DNA from: Squalus acanthias | Taxonomy: Eukaryota | DNA length: 64,000 bases | Reading direction: 5' to 3' | Assembly: GCA_030390025.1 (NCBI GenBank) | Contig: CM059432.1 | Coordinates: 61,010,001 to 61,074,000 of the forward strand | In this document: positions 13,165 through 25,559 of the stretch, in pieces | Layout of the letters: each line of letters begins with the position of its first letter | Numbering within the stretch: the first letter of the stretch is position 1 | Translations under genes and position numbers: made by a program | The notes under the pieces: generated by a model | Seen by the model: the letters and a program-made list of their open reading frames with translations, nothing else | What the model was told of the DNA's origin: nothing | Databases searched by the model: none

Positions 13165-16058
13165 GTGTCAGGAAGGGACAGAAGGTATGGAGTAAAAGGT
13201 AAAGTGTTAAAAAAGGAAAAAGCAGGAACTAAGTGTCACAAAACATATTTGAAAGTTCTTTATCTGAATGCACGTAGCATTCGTAACAAAATGGACAAGT
13301 TAACGGCACAAATAACTACGTATGGGTATGATCTTGAGGCCATTACAGAAATATGGCTGCAGGGTGACAACGACTGGGAATTAAATATGCCAGGGTATTT
13401 AACAATCAGGAAGGACAGGCAGGAAGGAAGGGGAGGTGGGGTGGCTATGTTAATAAAGGAAGGAATCACTGTAATACAGAGAAATTATATTGGGTCAAAG
13501 GATCAGGATAATGAAACAGTTTGGGTGGAGATAAGGAATAATAAGGGGAAAAAACACTAGTGGGAGTAGTATATAGGCCTCCTAATAGTTGCAACTCTGC
13601 TGGAAGAAGTATTAATCAGGAAATAGTTGGGGCATGTAATAAGGGAACAGCTATAATTATCGGGGATTGTAACTATCATATTAACTGGACAAATCAAATT
13701 GGGCAGGGCAGCCTTGAGGAAGAGTTTATTGAGTGTATTAGGGATGGATTTCTTGAGCAGTATGTAACTGATCCTACAAGGGGGCAAGCAACCTTGGACC
13801 TGGTCCTGTCTAATGAGTCAGGATTAATTAATAATGTCCTAGTTAAGGATCCCCTTGGAATGAGTGACCATAACATGGTTGAATTCCATATCCAATTAGA
13901 GGGTGAGAAGGTTGGTTCTCAAACAAGCATACTGAGCTTGAATAAAGGAGACTATGATGGTATGAGAGCGGAATTGATTAAAGTGGACTGGGAAAATAGA
14001 TTAACGGGTAAGACGGTACATGAGCAGTGGTGTTCATTTATGGAGTTATTTTACAACTTTCAAAAAATATATATTCCACTGAGGAAAAAAGGGTGTAAAA
14101 GAAATGACAGCCATCCGTGGCTAAGTAAAGAAATTAAGGATAGTATCCGACTAAAAACAAGGACATATAAGGTAGCCAAACTTAGTGGGAGGATAGAAGA
14201 TTGGGAAGTCTTCAAAAGACAGCAAAAAGTAACTAAAGGATTGATTAAGAAAGGGAAGATAGATTATGAAAATAAATTAGCAAAAAATATAAAAACAGAT
14301 AGCAAGAGTTTCTATAGTTATATAAAAAGAAAAAGGGTGGCTAAGGCAAACGTAGGTCCCTTACAGGATGAGACCGGGAAATTAATGGTGGGAAACATGG
14401 AGATGGCAAAAATGCTGAACAAATATTTTGTTTCAGTCTTTACGGTAGAGGACACTAAGAATATCCCAACACTGGACAAACAAGGGGCTCTAGTGGGGGA
14501 GGAGCTAAATACGATTAAAATCACTAAGGAATTGGTACTCAGTAAAATAATGGGACTCAAGGCGGATAAATCCCCTGGACCTGATGGCTTATATCCTAGG
14601 GTCTTGAGGGAAGTGGCAGTAGGGATTGTGGATGCTTTGGTAATAATTTTCCAAAATTCCCTGGACTCAGCAAAGGTCCCGGCAGACTGGAAAACTGCTA
14701 ATGTAACACCCTTATTTAAAAAGGGTAGTAGGCAGAAGGCTGGAAATTATAGACCAGTTAGCCTAACATCTGTGGTGGGTAAAATTTTGGAGTCTATTAT
14801 TAAGGAGACAGTAACGGAACATTTAGATAAACATAATTTAATAGGACACAGTCAGCATGGCTTTATGAAGGGGAAGTCATGTCTGACAAATTTGCTTGAG
14901 TTCTTTGAGGACACAACGTACAGGGTGGATAAAGGGGAACCAGTGGACGTAGTGTATTTAGACTTCCAGAAGGCATTCGACAAGGTGCCACATAAAAGAT
15001 TATTGCTCAAGATAAAAAATCACTGGATTGGGGGTAATATTCTGGCATGGGTGGAGGATTGGTTATCTAACAGGAAGCAGAGAGTTGGGATAAATGGTTC
15101 ATTCTCGGACTGGCAACCAGTAGCCAGTGGTGTTCCGCAGGGGTCGGTGCTGGGTCCCCAACTCTTTACAATCTATATTAACGATTTGGAGGAGGGGACC
15201 GAGTGTAACATATCAAAGTTTGCAGATGATACAAAGATGGGAGGGAAAGTAGAAAGTGAGGAGGACATAAAAAACCTACAAGGGGATATAGACAGGCTGG
15301 GTGAGTGGGCGGAGATTTGGCAGATGCAATACAATATTGGAAAATGTGAGGTTATGCACTTTGGCAGGAAAAATAGTAGAGCAAGTTATTATCTTAATGG
15401 CGAGAAACTGGAAAGTACTGCAGTACAAAGGGATCTGGGGGTCCTAGTGCAAGAAAATCAAAAAGTTAGTATGCAGGTGCAGCAGCTGATCAAGAAGGCC
15501 AACGGAATGTTGGCTTTTATTGCTAGGGGGATAGATTATAAAAACAGGGAGGTATTGCTGCAGTTATATAAGGTATTGGTGAGACCGCACCTGGAATACT
15601 GCATACAGTTTTGGTGTCCATACTTAAGAAAATACATACTTGCTCTCGAGGCAGTACAAAGAAGGTTCACTCGGTTAATCCCGGGGATGAAGGGGTGGAC
15701 ATATGAGGAGAGGTTGAGTAGATTGGGACTCTACTCATTGGAGTTCAGAAGAATGAGAGGCGATCTTATTGAAACATATAAGATTGTGAAGGGGCTTGAT
15801 CGGGTGGATGCGGTAAGGATGTTCCCAAGGATGGGTGAAACTAGAACTAGGGGTCATAATCTTAGAATAAGGGGCTGCTCTTTCAAAACTGAGATGAGGA
15901 GAAACTTCTTCACTCAGAGGGTAGTAGGTCTGTGGAATTTGCTGCCCCAGGAAGCTGTGGAAGCTACATCATTAAATAAATTTAAAACAGAAATAGACAG
16001 TTTCCTAGAAGTAAAGGGAATTAGGGGTTACGGGGAGCGGGCAGGAAATTGGACATGA
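13165..16058 (+). pseudogene. CR1 ORF2 (APE endonuclease + reverse transcriptase) with one frameshift in an A-run at ~13549-13554
   Basis: [27 protein letters not shown] and FADD are present. This copy has A6 where the intact sister copy has A7. Confidence 0.9.
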
Positions 16059-17661
16059 GGCTGAGTTCGGATCGGTCAAGGCCCTGTGGGTGGCGGAGCG
16101 GGCCCAGGGGCTGAGTGGCCAGGTCCTGCTCCTACTTCTTGTGTTCTTTAGATTTGAGGTTAGGATCAGATCAGCCATGATCTTATTGAATGGCGGAGCA
16201 GGCTCGAGGGGCCGATTGGCCTACTCCTGCTCCTATTTCTTATGTTCTTATGTTCTTAAGCTAGGTTTGTTCTCCTTAGAGCAGAGAAGGTTAAGGGGAG
16301 ATTCAATAGAGGCATTCAAAATCATGAATGGTTTTGATAGAGTAAATAAGAAGAAACTGTTTCCAGTGGCAGAAAGGTTGGTAACCGGAGGACACAGATT
16401 TAAGGTGATGGCAAAAGAACCAGAGGCGAAATAAGGAAATATTTTTTTACACAGCGAGTTGTTGTGATCTCGAATGCACTAACTGAAAGGGCGGTGGAAG
16501 CAGAATCAATGGTAACATTCAAAAGACAATTGAATAAATACTTGAAGGTAAAAAATTTACATGTCCAATTAATAGCCCCAGTTTCTGCTTCACACCACAT
16601 CTACCCACAACCATCAACCAACACATTTTACTCAGTATCAAAACCTATGCTCAAGTGAAACTGACAGTAAATGAGACACTTAAGTATGAGCTGCACAATT
16701 ATGTGGCAATATTCGGGTATGACATTCCTCTGTTGTCTGAGGGTTTCAGTGAGCTCGTGATGTGACTGAACTCCTCCCTAAAGCATTTTTATGTTTTGGA
16801 GCAAGACTACGCGAGAATAGATATTGAAATTGACAGCATAGGGGACGATTTACACTAGTGAGATATTGGGCTTAATATATCAGCACACCCTTAGGTTTGT
16901 ATGATTTCACACGCTCTGGTAGTTCTCCAACTTGTAATGATAGTGTATTTGATATATGTACCCTGTGTAGTAAGACTATGATGCATAAGCCAATTGTGTA
17001 CTCATGCCTATGACTAACCAGCACTAACAAATTAATTGAGCACACCGAAAGAGAAGATCCGAAGCAACGTAGAGGAGACCCCAGGTGGGATAAGATCAGG
17101 AAAGATAGAAGAAACAGAGGATACCCCAGGTGGGGCAGAATTGGAACACTGGAACAGTGAATTGAATTTGAGTGAGGGGTCAGAGGTTGCTCCTCCCCCT
17201 CAAAGGAGTGGACTGTAAGAGAGGGGGAAATCTTCATTTCTGAGTCTCCCTACTAACTAACTCCCAAATTGAGAAAGCAATAAGTAAATAAGGGGACCAC
17301 GAGTGGTGAGAAGTAGCCTATAATGTCAGCCAGCATCCTGGGCACACATGATATCAACAGGCCTTGTGGTTGCCCAGTGTCTGGTCTTAATAGTCCTTAT
17401 TAAGATGTCTTGCTATTTGAAACGTCTGACCCTTCAATTGAACCGTCGAACTAACAATTTAGAGCTAACACAATGTATGCAAAATCGTAAATGAGAGGTT
17501 GAAATAGAGTTTTCTCCCTCTCAAGGTCGGGAGTATGTTAGAAATCAAAATGTATATGGTTATGCGAACAAAATTGTGACGCGAATAACACTGTGTTTAC
17601 ATGATGGTTTAGAACTGGAGAGAAAAAGTCTCTTCAGATTAGTATTAGAATAACTAGATAG

Positions 17662-20600
17662 ATAAGAACATAAGAACATAAGAAATAGGAGCAGGAGTAG
17701 GCCAATCGGCCCATCGAGCCTGCTCCGCCATTCAATAAGATCATGGCTGATCTGATCCTAACCGCCAATCTACTATCTATCACAGAAACATCTCCTGCAT
17801 CTAACAGAATTGCACACACGAAATAGGAGCAGAATCAGGCTACACAGTCCCTGGGCCCGCTCCACTACCCACAGGGCCATGACCGATCCGAACCTAGACT
17901 CATGTCCAAATTCCTGCCCGCTCCCCGTAACCCTTAATGCCCTTTACTTCTAGGAAACTGTCTATTTCTGTTTTAAATTTAATTAATGTTGTAGCTTCTA
18001 CAGCTTTTTGTGGCAGCATATTCCATGGACCTACCACCCTCTGAGTGAAGTAGTTCCTCCTCATCTCAGTTTTGAAAGAGCAGCCCTTTATTCTAAGACT
18101 ATGTCCCCTAGTTCTCGTCTCACCCGTCATCGGGAACATCCTCCCCGCATCCACCCGATCCAACCCCTTCACAATCTTATATGTTTCAATAAGATCGCCT
18201 CTCATTCTTCTGAACTCCAATGAGTAGAGTCCCAATCTACCCAACCTCTCCTCATATGACCACCCTCTCATCTCCGGGATTAACCGAGTGAACCTTTTTT
18301 GCACTGCCTCGAGAGCAAGGATGTCTTTCCTTAAGTAAGGACACCAAAACTGTATGCAGTATTCCAGGTGCGGTCTCACCAATACCTTGTACAACTGAAG
18401 CAATACCTCCCTATTTTTATATTCTATCCCCTTAGCAATGAAAGCCAACATTCCATTTGCCTTCTTAATCACTTGCTGCACCTGCATACTAACCTTTTGA
18501 GTTTCGTGCACCAGGACCCCCAGATCCCTTTGCACTTCTGTACTCTCCAGTTTCTTGCCATTAAGATAATAAATTGCTCTAGGATTTTTCCTGCCAAAGT
18601 GCATCACCTCACACTTTCCAGTGCTGTATTCCATCTGCCAAATCTCTGCCCACTTACTTAGCCTGTCTATGTCCCCTTGCAGGTTTTTTATGTCCTCCTC
18701 ACTCACTACTTTCCCTCCCATCTTTGTATCATCTGCAAATTTTGATATGTTACACTTGGTCCCTTCCTCCAAATCGTTAATATAGATTGTGAAGAGTTGG
18801 GGACCCAGCACTGACCCCTGTGGAACACCACTAGTTACTGATTGCCAGTCTGAGAATGAACCATTTATCCCAACTCTTTGCTTTCTGTTAGATAGCCAAT
18901 CCTCTATCCATGCCAGAATATTACCCCCAATCCCGTGATTTTTTACCTTAAGCAATAATCTTTTGTGTGGCACCTTGTCAAATGCCTTTTGGAAGTCTAA
19001 ATACACTACGTCCACTGGTTCCCCTTTATCCACTCTATATGTTACTTCCTCAAAGAACTCCAGCAAATTTGTCAAACATGACTTCCCCTTCGTAAAACCA
19101 TGCTGACTTTGTCCTATTAAATTATGATTATCCAAATGTCTTGTTACTGTTTCCTTAATAATGGACTCCAAAATTTTACCTACCACAGATGTTAGGCTAA
19201 CCGGTCTATAGTTACCAGCCTTCTGTCTACTGCCCTTTTTAAATAAGGGTGTTACATTAGCAGTTTTCCAGTCTGCCGGGACCTTAGCGGAATCCAGGGA
19301 GTTTTGAAAAATTATTACCAATGCATCTACAATCCCTACCGCCACTTCCTTCAAGACTCTAGGATGTAAGCCATCAGGTCCAGGTGATTTATCCGCCTTG
19401 AGTCCCATTATTTTACCGAGTACCACTTCCTTAGTGATTTTGATCGTGTTTAGCTCCTCTCCCCCTATAGCCCCCTGTTTGTCCAGTGTTGGGATATTCT
19501 TAGTGTCCTCTACTGTAAAGACTGATACAAAATATTCATTCAGTGTTTTTGCCATCTCCATATTTCCCACCATTAATTTCCCGGTCTCATCCTCTAAGGG
19601 ACCAACATTTACTTTAGCCACCCTTTTTCTTTTTATATAACTATAAAAACTCTTACTATCTGTTTTTATATTTTTTGCTAATTTACTTTCATAATCTATC
19701 TTCCCTTTCTTAATCAATCTTTTTGTTATTTTTTGCTGCCTTTTAAAGTTTTCCCAATCCTCTGTCCTCCCACTAGATTTCGCTACCTTATATGCCCTTG
19801 TTTTTAGTCGAATACTATCCTTAATTTCTTTACTTAGCCACGGATGACTGTCCTTTCTTTTACACCCTTTTCTTTTCAGTGGAATATATTTTTTTTGGAA
19901 GTTGTAAAATAACTCCTTGAATGTACACCACTGATCATGTGTCGTCTTACCCTTTAATCTATTTTCCCAATCCACTCTACTCAATTCCGCTCGCATACCT
20001 TCATAGTCTCCTTTATTCAAGCTTAGCACGCTTGTTTGAGATCCAACCTTCTCACCCTCTAATTGAATATGGAATTCAACCATGTTATGGTCACTCATTC
20101 CAAGGGGATCCTTTACTAGGACATTTTTAATTAATCCTGTCTCGTTACACAGGACCAGATCTAAGGTTGCTTGCCCCCTGGTCGGTTCAGTTACATACTG
20201 CTCAAGAAACCCATCCCTAATACACTCAATGAACTCATCCTCAAGGCAGCCCTGCCCCATTTGATTTGTCCAATTAATATGATAGTTAAAATCCCCCATA
20301 ATTATAGATGTTCCCTTATTACATGCCTCAACTATTTCCTGATTGATACTCCGTCCAATAGAGTTGCAACTGTTCGGAGGCCTATAGACTACGCCCACTA
20401 ATGTTTTTTTCCCCTTATTATTCCTTATCTCCACCCAAACTGTTTCATTATCATGATTTTTTGACCCAATATCATTACTCTGTATTACAGTGATTCCTTC
20501 CTTTATTAACATAGCCACCCCACCTCCCCTTCCTTCCTGCCTGTCCTTCCTGATCGTTAAATAACCTGGTATGTTTAATTCCCAGGCATTGTCACCCTGC

Positions 20601-21533
20601 AGCCATGTTTCTGTAATGGCCACAATATCATAACCATATGTAGTTATTTGTGCCATTAACTCGTCTATTTTGTTACGAATGCTACGTGCATTCAGATAGA
20701 GAACTTTCAAATATGCTTTGTGGCACTTAGTTCCTGCTTTTTCACTTTTTACCAGTTTACCTTTTACTCCACACACTCTGTCCCTTCCTGCCACGCTCTG
20801 ATTTGTGATTCCCCTACTGCTACCTATGTCTATGACCCTCTCTGTTGTCATTTTTATTTTTTGCTCTCTTGAAACCTCCCCCCCACTAATTAGTTTAAAG
20901 CCCTCTCCACAGCCCTAGTTATTCGATTCGCCAGGACACTAGTCCCAGCACTGGCCAAGTGAAGTCCGTCCCAACGGAACAGCTCTCTCCTGCCCCAGTA
21001 CTGGTGCCAGTGTCCCAAGAAGCAAAACCCATTTTTCCCACACCAGTCTTTGAGCCACGCATTCAACTCCCTGATTTTATTTACCCTAGCCAAATTTGCT
21101 CGTAGCTCAGGTAGTAATCCAGAGATTATTACCCTCGAGGTTCTGCTTTTTAATTTGGCCCCTAGCTGCTCAAACTCCCTCAGCAGAACCTCTTTCCTTG
21201 TCCTATCTATGTCATTGGTACCAACATGGACCACTACAACTGGATCCTCCCCCTCCCACTCCAAGTTTCTCTCCAGCCCAGAGGAGATGTCCTTAACCCT
21301 GGCACCGGGCAGGCAACACAGCCTTCGGGACTCTCGCTCTTGGCTGCAAAGAACCCTATCTATCCCCCTAATGATACTATCCCCTACCACTACAACATTT
21401 CTTTTTACTCCCCCCACTTGAATGGCCCCCCTTACCACGGTGCTGTGGCCAGGTTGCTCATCCTCCCTGCAGTCCCCGCTCCTATCCACACAGGGAGTAA
21501 GAGCCTCGAACCTGTTGGACAAGAGCAAGGGCA
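17662..21533 (-). mobile_element. Young 5'-truncated CR1 LINE
   Basis: Tail (ataagaac)n at ~17662-17685, intact ORF2, and ORF1 truncated at ~21533. Confidence 0.92.
17900..20851 (-). CDS. Intact CR1 ORF2, 983 aa: APE endonuclease + reverse transcriptase
   Basis: Uninterrupted ORF with [37 protein letters not shown] and FADD. Confidence 0.92.
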   Translation of the reverse strand: MTTERVIDIGSSRGITNQSVAGRDRVCGVKGKLVKSEKAGTKCHKAYLKVLYLNARSIRNKIDELMAQITTYGYDIVAITETWLQGDNAWELNIPGYLTIRKDRQEGRGGGVAMLIKEGITVIQSNDIGSKNHDNETVWVEIRNNKGKKTLVGVVYRPPNSCNSIGRSINQEIVEACNKGTSIIMGDFNYHINWTNQMGQGCLEDEFIECIRDGFLEQYVTEPTRGQATLDLVLCNETGLIKNVLVKDPLGMSDHNMVEFHIQLEGEKVGSQTSVLSLNKGDYEGMRAELSRVDWENRLKGKTTHDQWCTFKELFYNFQKKYIPLKRKGCKRKDSHPWLSKEIKDSIRLKTRAYKVAKSSGRTEDWENFKRQQKITKRLIKKGKIDYESKLAKNIKTDSKSFYSYIKRKRVAKVNVGPLEDETGKLMVGNMEMAKTLNEYFVSVFTVEDTKNIPTLDKQGAIGGEELNTIKITKEVVLGKIMGLKADKSPGPDGLHPRVLKEVAVGIVDALVIIFQNSLDSAKVPADWKTANVTPLFKKGSRQKAGNYRPVSLTSVVGKILESIIKETVTRHLDNHNLIGQSQHGFTKGKSCLTNLLEFFEEVTYRVDKGEPVDVVYLDFQKAFDKVPHKRLLLKVKNHGIGGNILAWIEDWLSNRKQRVGINGSFSDWQSVTSGVPQGSVLGPQLFTIYINDLEEGTKCNISKFADDTKMGGKVVSEEDIKNLQGDIDRLSKWAEIWQMEYSTGKCEVMHFGRKNPRAIYYLNGKKLESTEVQRDLGVLVHETQKVSMQVQQVIKKANGMLAFIAKGIEYKNREVLLQLYKVLVRPHLEYCIQFWCPYLRKDILALEAVQKRFTRLIPEMRGWSYEERLGRLGLYSLEFRRMRGDLIETYKIVKGLDRVDAGRMFPMTGETRTRGHSLRIKGCSFKTEMRRNYFTQRVVGPWNMLPQKAVEATTLIKFKTEIDSFLEVKGIKGYGERAGIWT

Positions 21534-21534
21534 A
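20890..21534 (-). pseudogene. CR1 ORF1 C-terminal SGNH esterase domain, 5' truncated
   Basis: GDSIIRG, HVGTND and DGLHL are present. The N-terminal finger region is missing. Confidence 0.85.
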
Positions 21535-22400
21535 ACAATAGATGCTTAGAATCTGCTTGTGTTTTGGTTCTCTGCGGATGTTATAGCATTCTGCAGTGTG
21601 ACGGTCATATATAATCTTGTTTCCAAGCTAACTATCTGCTGTTTTCAAGTTGGGATTTCAACTTGTTTATGTATCTCTAATTGGACCAACTAAGGCTCAA
21701 TGCCTACGTTTCTTCTATTATTACTAATAACCATGATATAATGCTAAGGTAGGAATTGGAGTTAACATAACAAAACTGCTTGTGAAGATAATTAAAAGTT
21801 AATTAGTATAAAAGACATAGAATGAAAGGAATTTGGGGAGATTAAGGTATCCATCTTAGGATGGAGCCGTTTGCTAGATGAAAGTGTACCCGGGAGGTTA
21901 GGGACCAGGGAGATAAGACACAAATTCCAAAGGAAGAACCTTCAGAAAAATTAAACAATAAGACAAATTGGCTGAGATCATGAGACCCTGTAGGGGAAGC
22001 TTTCATCCAAAAATCGAGACAAAAAACTCAACGCCACATTGGGTACTGAGGTTTTAGGGGAACCTCTATAGGTTAAATGGTCTTGTCAATAATTTGGCCT
22101 CAGGCCCACCCCTAAAAAGAGAATAAAAGTAACACCCTGAGGGCTTGCCCACAGAGATGGTGGAGGGGAGAGCCAAGCAGAAGTTAGGCTGGTCGAATGC
22201 TCTATCAAGAGTGACCCCACGCTCACCAACTCGGAGGTTCTAGACGAGAGGAAGAGAGGCCGCAAGCCAGAGAACTGTTCACTGCACGCCAGCCGTCTGT
22301 CCGATCGGGACTCCCCGGTACCAGCTGCTTGTCATGGTCATATGTTTTTGCTGCATAGCTAGCATGTTATATTCTGTCTTAAACTCTGATTAAACACAAT

Positions 22401-23146
22401 GGGGCAGAAATTCGTCTGTTGTCGGGTGAGTACGCACTGTGTACTCACCCGTGGACGGAACGAAAGTGCCGGTTTCTTGCATGCACTGCGCATGCGCGGG
22501 AAACCGGCACTTCCGTTCCCCTGAGGAAAGGGGTTCAGAGGTCGAACGCGCACGCGGAGGGCCAGCGCGTTCGCCTCGCACTTCGGGTTTTTTTACAGGT
22601 TCCTCCGTGAAGGTAAGCACAGAGAAGATACACTTTTTAAAAGGATGCGCAAGGCCTTCTTTTAACAAGGTAAGTGTTGATTTTATTAAAATTTAAAAAA
22701 ATATTTTCACAGATTTATCTTTTTTAATTACTTTAAAGAAAGGTAAGTTTAGTTTTAGCCCCGTTAAAAAATGTAATTAATTTTTTCAAAAATTTACATT
22801 TTTGTTTAAAATAGTTAATTAATGTAATTTATAGTTGTTTTAAAAATGTGATGTTTTTTTAAAATTTATTTGTAGTTTTAGGGAGGTTTTGGGGCCGATT
22901 TGTATTCATGTCAAATCTATAAATGAAAGATGGTCTGCTGCCATTGGCTCTCCATGGCCCACGTTATCCCAGGGGACGCATCGCACTAACTACGCCCCTG
23001 GGATACACAAGCAGTGCGCACCGGCAGCTGCAGGAGGCCCAGGAGCTGAAGTCCCCGTGGGCCCAGAGGTCAACGGCAGGCGCAGTAGGTAGGTGCGCGC
23101 GCGATCCTTGCACCCGCGGGAAGCCAGGGAGCCTAATTTCTGGGCC
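22401..23146. mobile_element. Harbinger-type MITE
   Basis: TIRs ggggcagaaatt / aatttctgggcc and TSD AAT (22398-400, 23147-49). Confidence 0.8.
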
Positions 23147-23281
23147 AATATACCCACCATATTGGTTTGCAGTCGATCCTGATTATTTGAAAGACTAGCG
23201 ATAAGCTACTGATTGGCTTAATCTCTACACTGGGAGGCCAAGAATCATATTCAGCCAGCAAACCAAGTCTCTGCATAATTT

Positions 23282-25330
23282 ATGGAGTTCTCCAGGAACT
23301 AAACCCTTAGGGGGAAAAATTGGGTCGCTAGCTACTTTTAGCACCCCGAAAAAATTAGCGCGCCCGAAATTCACCAGTAGCGCCCCAAGAGAGAGGCCCC
23401 GCCACCCTCTTGGGGCGCTGCGAGCCAATATCGCGGCGCAACGTGCCGCAACGCCACGCTCTGCGGCACTTCGCGCCGTGGTACTGCAGGCCTTCCTCCC
23501 CTTATTAAAGGGGAGGGGCCTAGCGCAGCGCGACCCGGGGCCCAGCTGGGCCACCAGGGATCGGAGTGCCGGCAAAAGAGCCCAGCACTCGAGAAGTGCC
23601 GGGCTCACGGAGCGCAGCTGGCACCCTGCGGGGGGGGCTGCAGAGAAGGCCGGGGATGGCAGAGGGGGCAGGTGCTGGCAGGCATCTAGCAACGAAAATG
23701 GCCACTCGGCACCTCCCCTTTAATTAGCACCGCCCTGGCTGCAGGTAGGCCCCCCTGACCCTGTTGGACATAGCGTCCAGCGGTAAGTCAGGGAGCACTA
23801 CCGAAGATCGCAGCCGGGGTGCTGCGCACAGCGATGATGTCATCACCGGCGGCGCAGCACCACGGGGCGCTAATGGTTACCGCTGCCGCAAACCTCCTGC
23901 TGAATTTTGCGGGAGGCGTTGGCAGCGCCGTGCCCAGGCGCCAGTTGCTTTGCGCCCTTAGGGCGCTAACGGGAACGCAAATCAACCAAATTTTTAGGCC
24001 TTAATTTTATGGATAGCAAAGTAGAAGTGATGGTCCATGAAGTGGAAGCAAGGATGATTGCCCTCTTTGGCATATCAACCCACCCTTCACTGAGGTCAGC
24101 ATAGCAGCATATATTGGAGGAAGATGCAGAAGAAGATGGAAGGTCTTAAGAAAGCTGCCAATGTAAGGCTACCTAATAGCACCAAATAGCAGGTTGATGG
24201 ACCAAGATACATGCCACAAATTGCTGCCTGCTCCAAACAAAACACTCACACAAGCATACAGCTCTTTCACTGTTTACTATGTAAGGCCATGATTAACAGG
24301 AAGGCTGCTCGTCACTGTAGTCTTCCATGGAATGTGTGCCAACTCCCAGCGCATCACCAATGGAAACTGCAGTGGTAGAGGTCCTAGGACAAGGCAGTGG
24401 ATCTCTTGTGAATGCTTAGACAGATACGAGAATGTGCTGCAATAGTCTTCTTGGCTGGAGTGATGTTTCTACAGTGATGTTTCTGCATTCTGCTCTGACC
24501 TTGTGGGGTGAATACCTTCTCATGGTTAGACCTCTTTGTATTGCAAAATTGTGCAGCTTACAGCACAACCATGGTGTTCTTAGAGACTATAGCTGGGTAC
24601 TCTGTGAGGAGAACCTTGATCTGTTGAACTATCTGAAGCACTTCTTCAAGATCCCAATGATATGGTCTATAATGATTCTAGTAGCTTTGTAGGTCTTGTT
24701 GTACATGCACTCTATTTCTGTATGTGGCTGGAGCATTAACCCTTGATGAAGAGGGTAGCCTTGGTCTCCCAGATGCAACACTTGCAAGCTGCCTTTGCCC
24801 TCCATTAAGAATGGCACAGATGATTGTCTTAGAATGAAAGCATTGTGACTGCTTGGGAAGTGGACATAATCTGGTGTTCCTAACCAGCTGAACATTGATG
24901 AAGTGGTATCCCTTTTGGTTCATGCAGATGATGGGATTGTATCTGGTGTTCATTGGCCACATGGATGCTATCAGACATTGGAGAATTCGGCAATGTGATA
25001 AAATTGTGTCAGTGAGAAAGGCACTTTAAGTGCTGACCTTGCTGAACAATGCATTAATCACTAGCACATCTGTAGGCAGCAAATTGGTTGATATTGCATA
25101 TGTTCCCTATGCTAGCCTGGAAGGAGACACAATCATAACAGTTGAGCAAGGAGGTGACTTCAATTGCCACTAGCAGTGCTGTGCCTCTGATGCTGGTTGT
25201 CTGCAGATGTCTTTGCATCAGATAGCTCAGCTCCATAACTGTCTCCCTGCTGACTTACAGAGGCAGCTCCCTTGGCCATTATTAGGTAGGTATGCCAAAA
25301 GCTGCAGATGTGGTTTACGGCATAATTGTG
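23282..25330 (-). mobile_element. PIF/Harbinger relic: transposase pseudogene on minus (~24500-25300), Myb/SANT start on plus (23282-23309 + 24001-24170)
   Basis: Transposase fragments NVQL, HNAFILRQSSVP, LGDQGYPL and IGILKKCFR are on the minus strand. FMDSKVEVMVHEVEAR..LFG is on the plus strand. Confidence 0.7.
23310..24000. mobile_element. GC-rich Harbinger-type MITE
   Basis: TIR-like ends gggggaaaaattggg / ccaaatttttaggcc, TSD TTA, repeated TAGCGCC motifs, and an inverted relative at 49357-50006. Confidence 0.8.
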
Positions 25331-25559
25331 GGTGCAGGCAGTCAGGCTCTGGTCCCAACTGATCTTTGTGGCAGGTCTTCACTGATCCCTTTCATCTTTA
25401 GGCATTAAAACCTATGATAGGAATGATTTGAAAACAAACCCCATATTTAATGTAAGATTGCTGTTGTAAAAAAATGATGTCAAATCCTTTTAAGAGATCA
25501 CCTCTTCACATATAACACTGTGGCACTATGGAGAAAATGATTTCCTATGGGGGGATAAA

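Larger units (their letters stand above)
11658..16257 (+). mobile_element. Full-length young CR1 LINE (5' UTR, ORF1, ORF2, 3' UTR, (ttcttatg)n tail)
   Basis: Complete two-ORF organisation with a microsatellite tail ending at ~16257 and no TSD, as is usual for CR1. Confidence 0.92.
10758..16560 (+). mobile_element. Older CR1 3' fragment split into 10758-11091, 11542-11660 and 16258-16560
   Basis: LEY|CVQFW is restored on removing 11092-11541 plus one TSD copy. ERL..|KLGLFSLEQRRL is restored on removing the young CR1. Confidence 0.8.

Noticed and set aside
24500..25300. Domesticated HARBI1-like gene
   Set aside because: It has multiple frameshifts and stops, and similar decayed copies occur at 28185, 34320 and 57740.
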